Below, in pieces: positions 1 to 10,270 of a DNA stretch of 64,000 nt. Numbering within the stretch: the stretch's first letter is position 1; each line of letters begins with the position of its first letter. A program made the translations under genes and the position numbers. The notes beneath the pieces were generated by a model. That model had not been told where the DNA came from. It worked only from the letters and a program-made list of their open reading frames with translations, and did no database searches. Source of the DNA: an uncultured Mycoplasmatota bacterium (GTDB taxonomy: Bacteria; Bacillota_I; Bacilli_A; RF39; UBA660); contig CAMMQC010000001.1 in NCBI GenBank assembly GCA_946498975.1, positions 1 to 64,000 of the forward strand, given 5' to 3'.

Positions 1-284
1 CACATTTTTATAATTTTGTTAACCCCTTTTTAGAGGTTTCCGAACAACTCTAATAAAGATTTACATATGAATGAAAAAGAACTATTCTTAGGAACAATCG
101 CTCCTGATATTAGTAAACAAATTGGTGAGTCAAAGGTGAAATCTCACTTTTTACCTAACGAAAATACTGATTTACCTAATCTTGAGAAGTTCTTAAATAA
201 ATATAAAGATAATCTAAATATTCCTTTTATTATGGGATACTATATACATTTATTTACTGATTATCTTTGGTTTAAATATTTTAT

Positions 285-1896
285 GGTTCTTGCATAAAAG
301 TTGTGGGAATCTAAATAAATTATAGACAAAATAAAAACAACTTCCTATAATGGTTTTAATAGAATAAAAAAGGAAGTTGTTACTATGATTATATCAGAAA
401 AATTAATTAAATGTGTAAAAAGTATTAAAAATTTAGCAAAAAAAGTTATTTTACTATACAATTTTAATAAACAAGCCCCAAAATCTATACTAGAAAGCAA
501 AATAAATGAAGTAAATGCCATTGAAACAGATACGGATAATACATCAGGAAAATATCTTAGTATACCTTCATTATTAGAAGGATTTACTAATACTAATACA
601 ACTAGTGAAAAGATTGATAAAAATAGAAGTCTATATCGATTTAATGGGGTTTTAACTATTAATGATAGTGATTATATATGTCCTAAGTGTGGTCATAAAA
701 TGCATATAAATAACTCTCATCAAATAACCCTTAAACATTTATGTTTTGGAGGAAACTTTACAAGGGTATGTTTTGATCATACTCAATTTTATTGTGAAAA
801 TTGTCATAATACTAATATGCAAAATATAAGTTTTAAAGCTGATAATCACCGTATAACAACTGAACTATATAACTATGTAAGAGATTTATTAGCCACAGGA
901 CATTATACTAATAAAGAAGTGGCAGAAATAACAGGTCTAAACAGAAATATTGTGAAAGATATAGATAAAAAGAGATTAGAAGAAAAATATACTATTAATG
1001 GCAAGCTTATAAAACCAGAAAGACAGGCTATTTATTTGGGTATAGATGAGTTTAAATTACATAATGGTTATAAATATGCAACTCATATAATTGACTTGGA
1101 AACTGGTCATATATTGTGGATACAAGAAGGCAAGAAGAAGCAAGTCGTTTATGATTTTATTAATCATGTAGGTGGTGAATGGATGAGTAAAGTTAAAGCA
1201 GTGGCTTGTGATATGAATTCTGATTTTGAAGAGGCCTTTAGAGAAAAGTGTCCTAACATCACTATAGTTTTTGATTATTTTCATATAATTAAAAACTATA
1301 ATGAAAAAGTAATAAGTGCAATAAGGAAAGATGAACAAAATAGATTAAAAAATGAAGGAAAAACTGAGGAAGCTAAAACTTTAAAAAGAAGTAAATATAT
1401 TTTAACTTCATCACTATCTACTTTAATCAAAAAAGATAAAGAAGCAGAGAATGGTAAAGTAATTGATAAAGGTAGTGATCTTTTTAAAAAAGCACCAGTA
1501 AAAAGAACTGGTAGTAAGGTTGACAAATATAATAAAATATTAGAAGAAAATGAATTGTTATTTACAGCAGAATTAATTAAAGAGAAAATTCAACATGCCT
1601 ATACTTTAACTAATGAAAATGAAATGAAACTAGAAATAGAAGAGATTATAGATATGTGCGAAACTAATGGCAATAAACATCTTCTATGGTTTACTAAACT
1701 ATTAAAAAGTCATATGTATGGCATAACATCTCATGCTAAATACAATATATCAACTGGTAAGATAGAAGGAATTAATAACAAAATAAAAACTTTAAGAAGA
1801 CAAGCTTATGGTTATCCTGATGATGAATACTTCTTCTTAAAGCTATTTGATATATCTAGAACTAAATAGTTATCCCACAACTTTTATGCAAGAACC
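285..1896 (+). mobile_element. ISL3-family insertion sequence, apparently complete, with 24/25-bp terminal inverted repeats
   Basis: Left end GGTTCTTGCATAAAAGTTGTGGGAA at 285-309. Reverse complement of 1872-1896 is GGTTCTTGCATAAAAGTTGTGGGAT. Flanking 8-bp direct repeats TATTTTAT at 277-284 and 1897-1904. Encloses a single transposase ORF. Confidence 0.8.
385..1869 (+). CDS. ISL3-family transposase
   Basis: N-terminal zinc-ribbon-like CPKCGH...CENCHN. ISL3-like blocks LGIDEFKLHNGYKYAT, ACDMNSDF, VFDYFHIIKN and C-terminal GKIEGINNKIKTLRRQAYGY. Confidence 0.75.
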   Translation: MIISEKLIKCVKSIKNLAKKVILLYNFNKQAPKSILESKINEVNAIETDTDNTSGKYLSIPSLLEGFTNTNTTSEKIDKNRSLYRFNGVLTINDSDYICPKCGHKMHINNSHQITLKHLCFGGNFTRVCFDHTQFYCENCHNTNMQNISFKADNHRITTELYNYVRDLLATGHYTNKEVAEITGLNRNIVKDIDKKRLEEKYTINGKLIKPERQAIYLGIDEFKLHNGYKYATHIIDLETGHILWIQEGKKKQVVYDFINHVGGEWMSKVKAVACDMNSDFEEAFREKCPNITIVFDYFHIIKNYNEKVISAIRKDEQNRLKNEGKTEEAKTLKRSKYILTSSLSTLIKKDKEAENGKVIDKGSDLFKKAPVKRTGSKVDKYNKILEENELLFTAELIKEKIQHAYTLTNENEMKLEIEEIIDMCETNGNKHLLWFTKLLKSHMYGITSHAKYNISTGKIEGINNKIKTLRRQAYGYPDDEYFFLKLFDISRTK

Positions 1897-2239
1897 TATT
1901 TTATTAGAGAAATAACCAATAATAATTATATAAAACTCTTAAATGGAAACAATATTAAATGTAGTGAAGAAGAAATTACGAAAATAATATATAATGATTA
2001 TAGTAACTTAAATATCTTACTAATTGAAGAGTATAACTTAGACTTATCTTTATTCTATGCAGATATAAATATTCCTAATATTAAGTTTGATGAAGTACCT
2101 CTTGATAAATTACAAATCATTGTAGATAAAATGGGAACAATTATTGAAAATAGTAAAAATGGATATACATACTCTTTTAATATTGATAATGTTAAACAAT
2201 TTATAGAACTATGTACTAAAATAATAAGTACTGATATAA

Positions 2240-2268
2240 AAACGAGACTTAATTAGTCTCGTTTAGCA
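2240..2268. terminator. Hairpin terminator shared by convergent genes: AAACGAGACT-taatt-AGTCTCGTTT
   Basis: Perfect 10-bp stem with 5-nt loop, overlapping the stop codons of the interrupted plus-strand gene and of truB. Confidence 0.5.
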
Positions 2269-3670
2269 TTTTAAAACATTTTAATTTATCATCAATATTC
2301 TGATATATTGCTAGCACTTTATCATCTTTAATAAATAACACTTTGTCTTTAATATTATAATTATTATTAATAACTGCCCCATTAATTACTTTCATATAGT
2401 CTTTATCATCTATTTCTTTTGTTTCTATGTCTAAAGCATTACTAATAGTAATTAAAGAACCATTTATACTTACATCATCTAGATTAACTGCATCACTTAA
2501 TTTAAACTTACCTTGTCTAGTTCTTAGTAAACTACTCATAGTACAAGGTATATCTAAATAATCTCCCATATCTTTAATTAAACTTCTAATATAAGTACCT
2601 TTAGATACAACACATCTAAACTTAAAAGAATCTTCTTTATAATCTAATAATTCTAATTCTTTAATCATAACTTCTCTTTTAGGTAATTCTATATCTTTAT
2701 TACTTCTAGCATACTCATATAGTTTCTTACCATCTACTTTAATTGCAGAGTACTTTGGTGCTTCTTGTAGATATTCCCTTGGAAAATTATTGAATAAAGC
2801 TTCTAGCATATCTTTAGATACTCGTTTTTTACTTGTCTTTACTACTTTACCTTCTAAATCTAAAGTATCAGTTTCAACTCCTACTTTTACTTCTGCAATA
2901 TATTCTTTAAGAGTACAAGTAAGTAATTCATTTATTTTAGTTGCCTTATTAATAGTAATAACAAGTAATCCTTCTGCCATTGGATCAAGTGTTCCATTAT
3001 GTCCTACTTTCTTAGTATCAAAAACTCTTCCTATTTCATTAACAACATCTCTTGAAGTTAATCCTTTAGGTTTATTTACTAGTAAAACTCCACTCTTATT
3101 ATAAAGTTCATTATATTCTTCTAATGTTAGGTTATTATCTATTATGATTTTAGCGGTGCTTTTACCAACATATCTATAATGCCAAGGTTCATAGTTATAA
3201 CCAGTTATTTCTTCTTTACCTTTAGGATATCTAAGTATTAAACCATAATTAGGTAAAATACTTATAATTATTTTATAAATCTCTTCATTAGTAAATAGTT
3301 CATCATTTTCATATATTAACTTATTATTAATAATTAAGCCAATATCAAAACATAACCCTGTATGATGTTCACTTGCTTTAATAGGAGCGACATATTTCTT
3401 CGTATAATCTTCTCCATATTTGTTAATATAATCATTAATTATCATTTCTTGATCTTTTATAGTTCTATAACCACCTATTATATCAATAAAAATATTATCT
3501 TTTTCTAAATCCTTCTTTAAACTAAGAAAAGCCTTTAATGTTCTTTTTTCAAGTAAATACTCTTCACCTATTATATTAGTTATTTTTCTAAACTCTATAT
3601 TAGAAAAATTATTTTTATCATACAAATTATCTTTATTAACTAAGATTTTATAATTCATCTTATCCCTCAT
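2249..3670 (-). CDS. truB: Fusion protein: N-terminal M15/VanY-type D-Ala-D-Ala peptidase domain joined to tRNA pseudouridine(55) synthase TruB
   Basis: N-terminal ~190 aa carry IIGGYRT, SEHHTGLCFDIG and EPWHYRYVG (LAS/M15 metallopeptidase motifs). They run without a stop into GVLLVNKPKGLTSRDVV...GHNGTLDPMAEGLL (TruB catalytic core). Sits directly downstream of rbfA, as usual for truB. Confidence 0.7.
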   Translation of the reverse strand: MRDKMNYKILVNKDNLYDKNNFSNIEFRKITNIIGEEYLLEKRTLKAFLSLKKDLEKDNIFIDIIGGYRTIKDQEMIINDYINKYGEDYTKKYVAPIKASEHHTGLCFDIGLIINNKLIYENDELFTNEEIYKIIISILPNYGLILRYPKGKEEITGYNYEPWHYRYVGKSTAKIIIDNNLTLEEYNELYNKSGVLLVNKPKGLTSRDVVNEIGRVFDTKKVGHNGTLDPMAEGLLVITINKATKINELLTCTLKEYIAEVKVGVETDTLDLEGKVVKTSKKRVSKDMLEALFNNFPREYLQEAPKYSAIKVDGKKLYEYARSNKDIELPKREVMIKELELLDYKEDSFKFRCVVSKGTYIRSLIKDMGDYLDIPCTMSSLLRTRQGKFKLSDAVNLDDVSINGSLITISNALDIETKEIDDKDYMKVINGAVINNNYNIKDKVLFIKDDKVLAIYQNIDDKLKCFKMLNETN

Positions 3671-3998
3671 TTATTTCATCTATAATCTTATCAATTTTCT
3701 CTCCATAGAAAACAGATTCATCATATATAAACTTAAGCTCAGGAATATTTCTTATCTCTATTCTTTTAGCAAGCTCTCCTCTAATAAAACCACTAGCATT
3801 ATTTAAAGCTTGTAAAGTCTCCTCCTTTTTTTCTTGCTCTAAGACAGTTACATATACTTTACAATAACTTAAATCATTAGAAGTACCACAATCTGTAACA
3901 GTTACAAACTTAAATCTTTCATCTTTTACTTCTAACATTAATATCTTACTTACTTCTTCCATAATCATATGATTAATTCTTTCTATCTTTATATTCAT
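3660..3998 (-). CDS. rbfA: Ribosome-binding factor A
   Basis: 112 aa, good match to RbfA family, at the conserved position upstream of truB. Confidence 0.8.
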   Translation of the reverse strand: MNIKIERINHMIMEEVSKILMLEVKDERFKFVTVTDCGTSNDLSYCKVYVTVLEQEKKEETLQALNNASGFIRGELAKRIEIRNIPELKFIYDESVFYGEKIDKIIDEINEG

Positions 3999-4061
3999 TA
4001 AAATCAGTCCTTTCTTCTAATTAAGTATAGCATATTTTTTAAATTTTAGATATAATATGCT

Positions 4062-6287
4062 TTGTTAGGGGGAATTTATATGTCAAAAAACAGAGAATTA
4101 GTAAATGAATTAAAAAGTGAAAGTAGTAATAGACGTAATTTCTTTAAAGAAAAAATAAAAGAAGAGTTAAAGAAAAACAATATGGAAATCAATGATACTA
4201 TTATTAATGATATCTTTAATAATGCTTTAGATACATATACAGATGATGTTAAGATACCTTTCTTATTTCATATAAAAGCAGTTATAAAGAATAAAGATAA
4301 AAAGACGGAAACCGGATACTTAAATAAACTTCAATATGAAGTTATTAAACTATATTTAACTAAAGAAAATAATAAATATTTATCTAAAATAGATATCGCT
4401 ACTAAGCTCTCTATCAAAATTGATGAGGTTATAGATATTATAGAGTCTCTTAATAATGATAATAATTTAGATAAAATATTTCCTAATTATAAAGAAATAC
4501 TTAAAGATAGAAATGATTACTTTAAAAAGAAAGCAGTTGTTATATCTGAAAAGCAGATTATTTTATTAGTAGAATACTGTGGTGATCTAAAGAAAAAGAT
4601 GGATTTTAAAGCCCTTGCAAAGAAATATGATAAAACTACTATTGATATTAAAAATGAATTAAAAAATATCTTTAAACTATTAAAGACAGAAAATAATTTA
4701 ACTATTTTATTAGATAGATATCCTAATATTAAGAATGCTCTTATAAGAAAAAGTAAAGTATTTAATATTTCTTTAGATATTAAAGAAGATATAGCAGTTA
4801 AACATATTGTAACTAGTGATTTTAAAAGAAAAGCCCATCTTAATAAAGATGATATTACAATGCTAAAATTATTAGATAGTTATAATAAAAATGAAATAAC
4901 CTGTGAAAAAATAAAAGAAGCTAGTTTTGATAGTGTCGCTAGTTTTGTTGATAAGAGAAATAGATTCTTTAGTAAACTTAGGACTAATAAAAACTTTTTT
5001 GATACTGTTAATGAGTTATATCCTAATTTAGGTATTGAAACTTTAATAGATATGCCTAGATTAACATATTATGAATTTAAAGCTTTAGCACTTGTAGATG
5101 AATATTCTTATAAAAAGGTAATTGAAGATGAGAAATTAATTAAAGAAGATGTATTTAAAAATATTAAGTCTTTTAATAGTATATTAAAGAATGCTATTAA
5201 TAAGTTAAATGAAAGTGGATATCTATTAGAAAAAGTATCTTTAGTTCTTACTAATTTAAATGATTTAGAATTAGTTGATAATAAAAAGAAAAAAGATGAT
5301 TTAAGCCTTTCTTTAATAGAGTTAAAAATATTAGAAACTTTAAATGACAATCCAAACTTAACAAATAGAGAGCTTGCTGCTATAGCAGGTTTTAAAAGTG
5401 AAGCTAGTTTTGTTAATAGAAAATATGATTTATTAGCGAGAATTAACAATAATAAAATATTGGAATTAAAGATTAAGAGAAAATATCCTCATATTGTATT
5501 AATAAAGGAAAAGAGAAAAACTAAACTGAGTGATAAAAATATAGAATTACTTACTCTATTAGAAAAAAAGCTTTCTGATAAGGAAATGGCAGATACTTTA
5601 GAATTAGCGAATGAAAAGAGTTATTATACTGTTAAGAGAATATTATTTAAACAATTAGAAGAAAATGAATCTCTTAAAAGAGATGCTTTAAGAAAGTTCC
5701 CTGACCTAATCTTAGATGATTATATTAATAATCTTGCTATTAGATTTACAGAAAATGAAATAGTCTTTTTACAAGAGTTTTGTTTAATAGAAGATAATAA
5801 TCTTATTTATCAAAGTGAAGAAGAAATCCTAAAGAAGCTTAACTTACAACCTAAGATGATAGAATTTGTTAAAACTACTTCTACTATTAAAGTTGTTAAA
5901 AATATGATTGTAGGTACTAATTTAGATGAATTATTATGGTCTAATTTTACTGATGAGTTTATTACTAGGGATAGTTTTAATGGTGATAATAGTATTTCTG
6001 TTAATAATTTAGAGTTTAAAGAGCAAATGAGTGATGATATATTAGAAGGTATCAAAAGACTTGAAGAGTCTATCTTTGGAGACTTTGTAGAGCAATGTAC
6101 TTTAAAAGAAAAATTAGTTCTTGCTCTTAGATTAGGTTATTTTGATAAAAGATTTTTTACTAGTAGTGAAGTTGCTATGATTACAAAAATGGAAGAGATT
6201 AAAGTTATATCTCTAACTAAAAAGTGTTTAAAGATGTCTAGAAATAATTATATAGATGAAAAACAGAAGCAGAAGATTTTAATTTAA
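4062..6287 (+). CDS. Large sigma-70-like/multi-HTH protein of unknown function. Region 2-like N-terminus, about six HTH modules, region 4-like C-terminus.
   Basis: N-terminal INDIFNNALDTYTDDVKIPFLFHIKAVIKNKDKK resembles sigma region 2. C-terminal LKEKLVLALRLGYFDKRFFTSSEVAMITKMEEIKVISLTKKCLKM resembles region 4. Several internal HTH-like segments, for example LTNRELAAIAGFKSEASFVNRKYDLLARI. Lies antisense between infB and rbfA. Confidence 0.35.
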   Translation: MLGGIYMSKNRELVNELKSESSNRRNFFKEKIKEELKKNNMEINDTIINDIFNNALDTYTDDVKIPFLFHIKAVIKNKDKKTETGYLNKLQYEVIKLYLTKENNKYLSKIDIATKLSIKIDEVIDIIESLNNDNNLDKIFPNYKEILKDRNDYFKKKAVVISEKQIILLVEYCGDLKKKMDFKALAKKYDKTTIDIKNELKNIFKLLKTENNLTILLDRYPNIKNALIRKSKVFNISLDIKEDIAVKHIVTSDFKRKAHLNKDDITMLKLLDSYNKNEITCEKIKEASFDSVASFVDKRNRFFSKLRTNKNFFDTVNELYPNLGIETLIDMPRLTYYEFKALALVDEYSYKKVIEDEKLIKEDVFKNIKSFNSILKNAINKLNESGYLLEKVSLVLTNLNDLELVDNKKKKDDLSLSLIELKILETLNDNPNLTNRELAAIAGFKSEASFVNRKYDLLARINNNKILELKIKRKYPHIVLIKEKRKTKLSDKNIELLTLLEKKLSDKEMADTLELANEKSYYTVKRILFKQLEENESLKRDALRKFPDLILDDYINNLAIRFTENEIVFLQEFCLIEDNNLIYQSEEEILKKLNLQPKMIEFVKTTSTIKVVKNMIVGTNLDELLWSNFTDEFITRDSFNGDNSISVNNLEFKEQMSDDILEGIKRLEESIFGDFVEQCTLKEKLVLALRLGYFDKRFFTSSEVAMITKMEEIKVISLTKKCLKMSRNNYIDEKQKQKILI

Positions 6288-6320
6288 GTGAAACTAAAAA
6301 GTAGGGAGCTACCCTACTTT

Positions 6321-8444
6321 TTATCTTTCTACTTCTACAAGTTCATATACTTCAATGATATCTCCTTCTTTATAATCTTGGAAATTATCTAAAGTAAGTC
6401 CACAATCATGATCTTTAGACATTTCTTTAACCCCGTCTTTTTCATGTTGAAGTGACTTTATAGAGCCATTATAAATTACTATACTATCTCTTACTACTCT
6501 AGCTTTATCATTATTTTTAATAGTACCAGAAGTTACATGGCAACCTGCTATCATACCAACTTTAGAAAATTTAAATAGTTGACGTATCTCAGCAGTACCA
6601 GTAACTTTTTCTTCATAAATAGGCTCTAACATACCTTTCATAGCTTTTTCCATATCTTCTACTAATTTATAGATAATATCATAAATTCTAATTTCGATAC
6701 TATATTGTTTAGCCATATCTAATACTTTATTATTTCCTCTAACATTAAAACCTATTATTAGAGCATTAGAAGCGGATGCTAGGACAATATCACTTTCTGT
6801 AATACCACCAACTGCTCCTCTAATAACATTTATTTTAACTCCTTCTACTTCTATTTTTTCTAGTGAAGATTTTACTGCTTCTAAACTACCATTAGTATCT
6901 GTTTTTAAGACTACATTTATCTCTTTAAGGCCTTCATTTATCTTACCGAATAACTCTTCTAGACTCATACCAGTTCTATTAGTATCAGCATCTTTTTCTC
7001 TTAAGGCTCTATCACTTGCTATTTGTTTAGCTTGTTTTTCAGTTTCAAATGCCATGAATTTATCTCCAGCACTTGGAACACTAGATAGTCCTGTTATCTC
7101 TACTGGCATAGATGGAGGAGCAGTAGTTATGTTTCTTCCTAAATCATCTTTAAGCGTTCTAACCTTACCAAAAGCTGTTCCTACAACAATAGGATCACCT
7201 AATCTTAAAGTACCATTAGAAATAAGTAAAGTTGCAACTGCTCCTACATGTTTATCCATTTTACTTTCAAGGACAGCCCCAGTTGCATAACGATTAGGAT
7301 TAGCTTTTAATTCTTGCATTTCAGCAATTAATAGAATATTTTCTAATAATTCATCAACACCCTCACCTGTTTTAGCAGATATCTTAGTTACAATAGTATC
7401 TCCACCCCATTCTTCTGGAGTAAGTCCTGCTTCTACAAGTCCTGTCATAACTCTATCTATATTAGCTTCAGGTTTATCTATTTTATTTATGCATACAATA
7501 ATAGGAACACCTGCTGCTTTAGCATGATCAATTGCTTCTTTAGTTTGAGGCATTATACCATCATCTGCTGCTACTATAATGATAACTATATCAGTAACAC
7601 TAGCACCTCTTGCTCTCATCTCTGTAAAAGCAGCATGTCCTGGAGTATCTATAAAGGTTATCTTTTTACCATTACATTCTACTTGATAAGCACCTATTTC
7701 TTGAGTAATACCACCAGCTTCTCCACTTGCAACATTACTTTTTCTAATATAATCAAGAAGTGTTGTTTTACCATGATCAACATGTCCCATTATAGTTACA
7801 ACCGGAGGACGTTCTACTAAATCTTCTTCTCTATCTTCTATTTCATAATTTTCAAAGTTAGAAATGTCAGCTTGTTCTTCTTTTTTAACTGTTTTATTAT
7901 AATCTAGAGCGATTAATTCAACAGTATCAAAACTAACACTATTATTAACAGTAGCCATTATTCCTAATCCCATTAATTTTTTAATAATTTCCCCAGTAGA
8001 AACATCTAAAAGATTAGCTAAATCTGATACTGTCATACCTTCTTTATATAGTAAAACATTCTCATCTACTACTTGCTCATTACTTTGTAACTTCTCTTTA
8101 TGTTTATATATCTTCTTTCTTTCTTGTTTAAAGTTACTCTTATCTTTCTCTTGCTTCTTAGCTTTTTTAACCTTACTTGTTTTAACTAGATTATCATTAG
8201 TAAGATTAGATTCATATGCTATTTGTTCTGCTTTCTCATCTAAATTATAATCATTAAGCATCTCTTCATCAGGATTAGTTTCTACATAATCTTCTTCATC
8301 TTGAAAAGAATTATCTAAAAGTATTACTTCATCATCACTAAGAACTCTATCTAAATCACTTGTATCCATAGCAAGACTTTCCATATGTTTAACTATATCT
8401 TCCACACTTCTACTAATATCTTCTGCATATTCTTTTATTGTCAT
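6321..8444 (-). CDS. infB: Translation initiation factor IF-2
   Basis: [13 protein letters not shown]-domain, 707 aa, follows nusA-ylxR. Confidence 0.9.
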   Translation of the reverse strand: MTIKEYAEDISRSVEDIVKHMESLAMDTSDLDRVLSDDEVILLDNSFQDEEDYVETNPDEEMLNDYNLDEKAEQIAYESNLTNDNLVKTSKVKKAKKQEKDKSNFKQERKKIYKHKEKLQSNEQVVDENVLLYKEGMTVSDLANLLDVSTGEIIKKLMGLGIMATVNNSVSFDTVELIALDYNKTVKKEEQADISNFENYEIEDREEDLVERPPVVTIMGHVDHGKTTLLDYIRKSNVASGEAGGITQEIGAYQVECNGKKITFIDTPGHAAFTEMRARGASVTDIVIIIVAADDGIMPQTKEAIDHAKAAGVPIIVCINKIDKPEANIDRVMTGLVEAGLTPEEWGGDTIVTKISAKTGEGVDELLENILLIAEMQELKANPNRYATGAVLESKMDKHVGAVATLLISNGTLRLGDPIVVGTAFGKVRTLKDDLGRNITTAPPSMPVEITGLSSVPSAGDKFMAFETEKQAKQIASDRALREKDADTNRTGMSLEELFGKINEGLKEINVVLKTDTNGSLEAVKSSLEKIEVEGVKINVIRGAVGGITESDIVLASASNALIIGFNVRGNNKVLDMAKQYSIEIRIYDIIYKLVEDMEKAMKGMLEPIYEEKVTGTAEIRQLFKFSKVGMIAGCHVTSGTIKNNDKARVVRDSIVIYNGSIKSLQHEKDGVKEMSKDHDCGLTLDNFQDYKEGDIIEVYELVEVER

Positions 8445-8453
8445 AAAATCACC

Positions 8454-8714
8454 TCACTCTAATATTTTTCTTATTTCATCATATACCTCATTACTAATAT
8501 TACATTCTAATTTTCTCTCTAAGCTTTTTTTCTTAATCGCTTCTTCTAAGACTTTTACATCTCTTTTAATATATGCACCTCTACCGTTCATTTTTCCTGT
8601 TAAATCAACTTTAACTTCTCCATCTTTACTTCTAACTATTCTAAGTAGTTCACGTTTATCTAATTTTTCTCCTGTTACTACACAACTTCTAAGAGGAATT
8701 TTTCTTGTTTTCAT
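8454..8714 (-). CDS. ylxR: YlxR/DUF448 RNA-binding protein
   Basis: 86 aa with KIPLRSCVVTGEKLDKRELLRIV, conserved between nusA and infB. Confidence 0.7.
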   Translation of the reverse strand: MKTRKIPLRSCVVTGEKLDKRELLRIVRSKDGEVKVDLTGKMNGRGAYIKRDVKVLEEAIKKKSLERKLECNISNEVYDEIRKILE

Positions 8715-8723
8715 AACTACCTC

Positions 8724-9938
8724 CTATTCTGATTTTATACTAATACCCATTTCCTTAGCTTGCTCACTAGTTTTAATATCAATTTTATATTTAGTAAGTC
8801 TAGTAGCAAGTTTAGCATTAAGACCTTTTCTACCTATAGCAAGTGAGAAATTATCACCATCTGCTATTACTAAAGCTTCCCTCTTCTTAGGATCAGTAAT
8901 TAATACTGTTAAATCTTTAGCAGGACTTAAAGCATTTTCTATAAATACTGCAGGATCACTATCGTATTTAACAATATCTACTTTCTCACCATTAAGCTCT
9001 GTAATGATATTGGCAATACGGCTACCTCTTTCTCCAATACATGCTCCAATAGGATCCACTTTAGGGTTTTCTGAATATACTGCTACTTTACTTCTAACAC
9101 CTGCTTCTCTTGCTACACTATATAGAAGCACTGTACCATCAACTAGTTCTGGTATTTCACTTTCAAATAATCTTTTAACAAAGCCAAAATGCCTTCTACT
9201 AAGTAGTACAAGTAAGCTTCTACCATTATTATCTACTTTAGTAACATAAACTTTAATCTGACTACCCATTTCAATATGTTCACCTGGTATAATATCTTTC
9301 TTAGGTAAAATACCATTAGTACGTCCTAAGTCAATAAAGTAGTTATCTGTATCTTCTAGTGCAACTGTACCAACAAGTAATTCATCTTGTTTATCTCCAA
9401 ACTCATCAGTAATACTAGAGCGTTCTGCTTCTCTAATCTTTTGAATAACAACTTGTTTAGCAGTACTTGCTGCAACTCTACCAAAGTCTTTAGGAGTAAC
9501 TTCAGTATCAATAGTATCTCCAACATTAACAGTTTTATCTAACTTTCTAGCATCACTAAGTTTAATCTCAGTACCTGGATTAAAGAAACTAATCTTTTCT
9601 TCTTCTTCATCCTTTTCCTTAGCTTTTTCTTCTTCTTTAAACTCTTTTTCACTTATTTCTGTATCAAGATTTTCATCTTCTGCATAACGTTCAAATAAAG
9701 CATCTTCATACTCTTCTTTAGTCATTTTATCATCAGGTACAACAGTAAGATAAGAATATACTTTTATATCTCCATTATTTTCATTAATTAAGACTTTTAC
9801 ATTATTATTTTTACTTTTAGCATTCTTCTTATAAGCACTAGTTAAAGCATTTCTCATCGCTTCAAAGATAATTTCTTTATCTATATGTTTTTCTTTAACT
9901 ACTAAGTCAACTGCTTTAAGAAATTCTTTTCCATTCAT
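8724..9938 (-). CDS. nusA: Transcription termination/antitermination factor NusA, with an acidic insert after the N-terminal domain
   Basis: N-terminal domain, S1 and KH regions recognisable (GRTNGILPKKDIIPGE; IGACIGERGSRIANI). Confidence 0.85.
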   Translation of the reverse strand: MNGKEFLKAVDLVVKEKHIDKEIIFEAMRNALTSAYKKNAKSKNNNVKVLINENNGDIKVYSYLTVVPDDKMTKEEYEDALFERYAEDENLDTEISEKEFKEEEKAKEKDEEEEKISFFNPGTEIKLSDARKLDKTVNVGDTIDTEVTPKDFGRVAASTAKQVVIQKIREAERSSITDEFGDKQDELLVGTVALEDTDNYFIDLGRTNGILPKKDIIPGEHIEMGSQIKVYVTKVDNNGRSLLVLLSRRHFGFVKRLFESEIPELVDGTVLLYSVAREAGVRSKVAVYSENPKVDPIGACIGERGSRIANIITELNGEKVDIVKYDSDPAVFIENALSPAKDLTVLITDPKKREALVIADGDNFSLAIGRKGLNAKLATRLTKYKIDIKTSEQAKEMGISIKSE

Positions 9939-9939
9939 T

Positions 9940-10188
9940 TTACATATCTCCTTTCTCTTTAGAATGTATATCTAATACATCTATATCATTACATAAGTTA
10001 TTATCATCCATAATAGGATTAATAATTTCAGTTGCCTCTGTTATTTTATTAACATCGATTATCTCTTCACTATCAAGTTCAATATTTAATGTTTTAACCC
10101 CTTCTTCAGTAGAATAATAAACACTACTTACAAATAGCCCTAAGTCTTTAATTTTATCATCTACTAAAGCTTTTACTTTATTTTCCAT
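9940..10188 (-). CDS. rimP: RimP-like ribosome maturation factor, only N-terminal domain length (82 aa)
   Basis: Position immediately upstream of nusA and weak N-terminal RimP similarity. C-terminal Sm-like domain absent. Confidence 0.45.
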   Translation of the reverse strand: MENKVKALVDDKIKDLGLFVSSVYYSTEEGVKTLNIELDSEEIIDVNKITEATEIINPIMDDNNLCNDIDVLDIHSKEKGDM

Positions 10189-10270
10189 AATACCTCCTTA
10201 CAAACTAAAGAGCGAAGTTTTTTAAACTTCACTCCTTTCTTGGAACTAATTATACTATATAAAAATAGTT

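Larger units (their letters stand above)
67..2256 (+). pseudogene. Hypothetical protein gene interrupted by an ISL3 insertion. The 5' part is 67..284 and the 3' part is 1897..2256.
   Basis: ORF 67..297 reads straight into the IS left end. After the right inverted repeat the same frame continues (FKYF|IREITNNNYIKLL...TRLN*) to a stop at 2254-2256. Joining the halves with one copy of the 8-bp duplication removed gives a continuous ~190-aa ORF. Confidence 0.6.

Noticed and set aside
1057-1526. Minus-strand ORFs 1057..1338 and 1296..1526 inside the ISL3 transposase gene
   Set aside because: Fully nested antisense to a well-supported transposase CDS. Low-complexity hydrophobic translations typical of AT-rich antisense frames.
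2790-3104. Plus-strand 104-aa ORF antisense to truB
   Set aside because: Nested within the truB coding region. Ser/Thr/Leu-rich antisense artefact.
5108-6055. Minus-strand ORFs 5108..5449 and 5810..6055 inside the 741-aa gene
   Set aside because: Antisense to the long ORF. No RBS. Composition typical of antisense frames in AT-rich DNA.
7054-7820. Plus-strand ORFs 7054..7290 and 7524..7820 within infB
   Set aside because: Antisense to the highly conserved IF-2 coding sequence.
9004-9249. Plus-strand ORF within nusA
   Set aside because: Antisense to a conserved gene.
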